A DNA stretch of 63,612 nt, filler included, from Choristocarpus tenellus KU-1152 (taxonomy: Eukaryota; Protista; Phaeophyceae), in NCBI GenBank assembly GCA_964200185.2. It is 9 parts of 9 records of this genome, joined end to end, with 100 filler letters (N's around TTAATTAATTAA, not from the genome) between each part and the next. Parts side by side here need not be neighbours in the genome. Positions count along the whole stretch, not along the records: positions 60,799 to 63,612 come from CAXNAD020024523.1; 8 more parts are not named here. The stretch is one strand, 5' to 3'. The notes beneath the pieces are model-generated. The model ran no database searches, was not told the origin of the DNA, and worked only from the letters and a program-made list of their open reading frames with translations. A program made the translations under genes and the position numbers. Below, one piece after another: positions 60,974 through 63,612 of this stretch (position 1 is the stretch's first letter; each line of letters begins with the position of its first letter).

Positions 60974-63612
60974 ACTCTCTTGGTAATTTTTCAGTCGGAG
61001 AAGGAGATAATACAACCTGCTCCTGTGCAATTTTAATGTCTGTTACTATCCTGTGATGAAACAGCTCATCGTCAGTAAATGATGCACTGCCTGCCTCCTC
61101 ATTCGCCTCTTCTATCTCCTTGATGACACTTTTTAGAGGAGGGCTTGACGGCACCATTCCTTTATTTCCTCTGCGCTCATTTCTCTCTTAATTCCTGCTC
61201 TATGCGAACACATTCCACCCTTGCCCTCGCTTTAGGATACCCATTCCCATGAGACCATAGCCATTGAAGTTCATCCTCCATTAGTCCCAGGTATTTCAGA
61301 ACATCAAGCTCTGCCCTTTCCTAGAAGCTGCAGCACTTCAACAGACCCTTACCCCCTACCTGTGCATTAATCACGTTGTCTTTTGCGATTGCCTTGCGAC
61401 TCTCCGTAACACATCCAACCTCACTTTCTTCCCAAGATTTCCCCCTGGATGACCTGCTCCATCCTGCTGATCTCCACGTCTCTTGTTGTACATCAATTGT
61501 CGAGTCACTGGTCAGGTGTTGCATCGCGGCAAATATATTATTCTGTATCAACCTGTTGTATGACCTGTGTGCACTTGATCTTGTTGAAGAATTCCTGTAG
61601 AGCCCATGATGAACATGGTGCGCCCTTTACAGGGCAACATGATCAAGGTTTGAATATGTATGTATTAGATGCTACAGGTTCGTTGTGGTCTTGGTTCTGC
61701 TATCTAAACAACTGGGGCAAGACACAAAGGTGCGTATAGGCTATCTGTTACAGGCACGCTCCAGAAGCTTACTTTCACCAGATGTGTAGCTCCAATCCAT
61801 AGATCTATAAATTACGCCTATGCTGGTACAAGGCTCCCAGGATGCTCTCACAGCCGAAGGAGTCCAATCCACAGGTTAACGAATGTCAGCTCAGCAGAAC
61901 TGTTACAGCGTGCCCCTCAGAACTCACGTCCACAGGATGTACAACTCAAATCCAACGACCTTAAAACGACGCTATGGGGCGTTGCCCTTGATAACAGTTT
62001 GTAGGGTGTCAGGTGTCCTTCTCTTCTTGATATTCCACTCAGTGCTTAGCTCAAAGCTCGACTCAAAGTTTCGTTCAAGATAAAAAGTAAGGAATGGAGG
62101 TAAAAAGGGTCAAGGTGTTTAACCAAAAGCCCTCCTATTATTTTCATCATCCACCCAATTTCTTTGGTCTTCTATACAGTTGCTCTACACGTACTCCAAT
62201 AATAAACCTTTATTCTGCACCTTAGGGACTTTGACATTTTCTTCTGTGGTGTTACGTATGCATTCCGAATCTTACTCTGTATCTTCTATGAAATCATCAT
62301 TTATTCTGTAAGGCTACCTATGTGTTACAAATATCGTATGTTGTTCGCACTTGTTAGAATGCAAGGAACAATCCTACTATACGTCTGTCACAAATGTTCG
62401 TGTTTGCTAAAACATGAGAAGAAATACTCGCGCTATTCGCCTGTAACACAACAGATTTCTTTTAATGAATCAGTGTCAGCATATGAAAAAATGTGTATGA
62501 TATCAGCAGAAGTGATCTCTGTGGCTGTAACTCGAGCAGAGGCATTCGGAGTCGTTTTGAGGATCTCTAATCATCATTCATAAGTGGGACTTCTTTGGTT
62601 TACAAATATTGGAATATATTTGAGAACCCTTTGCGACCTTTCCATCCGGGGGGGCCCTTGCGACTTTCCCTGAGTTACAGATTTTACTCTGCAACTTATT
62701 AGCAAATTGGAGTTCCCCCTTTTGGGGTTCCCCACCCGTGTACACTGCTCACGCCGGTTAAAGCGCGGGAATAAATATTCGCGCTACTCGCCTGTAACAT
62801 GTTAGAGCACGCCCCAGAAGCTTACTTACCTCCACAGAATGTATAGCTCCAATCTACAGGCCTATAATAGATTATACTGATGCACGTATAGGACTCCTGA
62901 TGCACAAGTCGTCAAGTATGCAGGATCTCTCACTTGGATTACATCAATATCATCGTATAAAAAGGAACTGGTCTACGATGTCTTATCACAATCTGGGATC
63001 ATAATGACCAAATAGTAAATAAATAGTCAAGGAGTACAAATATATCAAATCTAGGACCTCTAGGTCGTAATGGTGTTTATGAAATCGTCAACAAGACATA
63101 TCGCCAGTAACATATCATGTGGGATCTGGAGCAATCCTCATGGATAATAGAATATGATCACAGAATAATACTGAATCTCATGCACCATTTGATACGTCAA
63201 TGGATAACGTAATATGAGGGCCAGTAATAGTTGATTTGTGGGTAGAGCAAAACTGGGACCAAGTAACTGGTTCTACGTCCTGTTATCTTCTCCACCCATC
63301 ATCTGTAGATCGGGAGGACCATACGTGAATACTCTCCCTTCCTGTGCAAACACTGCTATGTACCATCATAATATGAAGGGCCCCAACTGGTTGGTGACGT
63401 CACCTATCAGATATTTAGCGATCTAAGAAAAACAACCTATCAGTAGATCCATCGCTGACTGTACCAGTTGCGATGTCTACGGTGTTGTATCATAGCACCA
63501 ATCTGTTCAGACTTTTAGATAATGCACACCGTCCGTCCCGGTAACAGAGGATTTTCAAAATTGGGGATGGAGCGGGACTACGAGGATGGTTGTTTTGCGA
63601 AAACGGTTAAAA

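Noticed and set aside
58040-63612. Short ORFs in the last two contigs as host genes
   Set aside because: No recognisable motifs or consistent exon chains; the sequence looks like decayed repeats

Overview
This is eukaryotic, intron-rich, repeat-rich DNA. My inference is a flagellate-stage stramenopile, most plausibly a brown alga: it carries a flagellar DLEC1/CFAP81 gene, short exons in long introns and interstitial TTAGGG-type repeats. The window is not one molecule. Nine contigs are joined by eight artificial 100-bp spacers (N44-TTAATTAATTAA-N44), so adjacency across a spacer means nothing. Five partial spliced genes can be reconstructed with consistent intron phases: DLEC1/CFAP81 (+, 16 exons), a novel coiled-coil gene with a 2-kb exon of nine 216-bp tandem repeats (-), a divergent TTL/TTLL-family ATP-grasp gene with a hydrophobic N-terminus (-) lying head-to-head with APC1 (+), and VPS54 (-). 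Also present are a tRNA-Asp(GTC), at least four MITE families that share one terminal motif and 3-bp TSDs (one nested insertion), relics of RLE-type non-LTR retrotransposons with a conserved 3' stem-loop, an LTR relic, and mini/microsatellites. The most unusual signals are the apparently relaxed splice grammar (up to three AG|GCAAG donors in one gene; about 30% AAG/GAG acceptors), the 72-aa higher-order repeat protein, the possibly secreted TTLL with degenerate catalytic motifs, and the shared-terminus MITE system. All homology calls come from motif recognition, not database searches.
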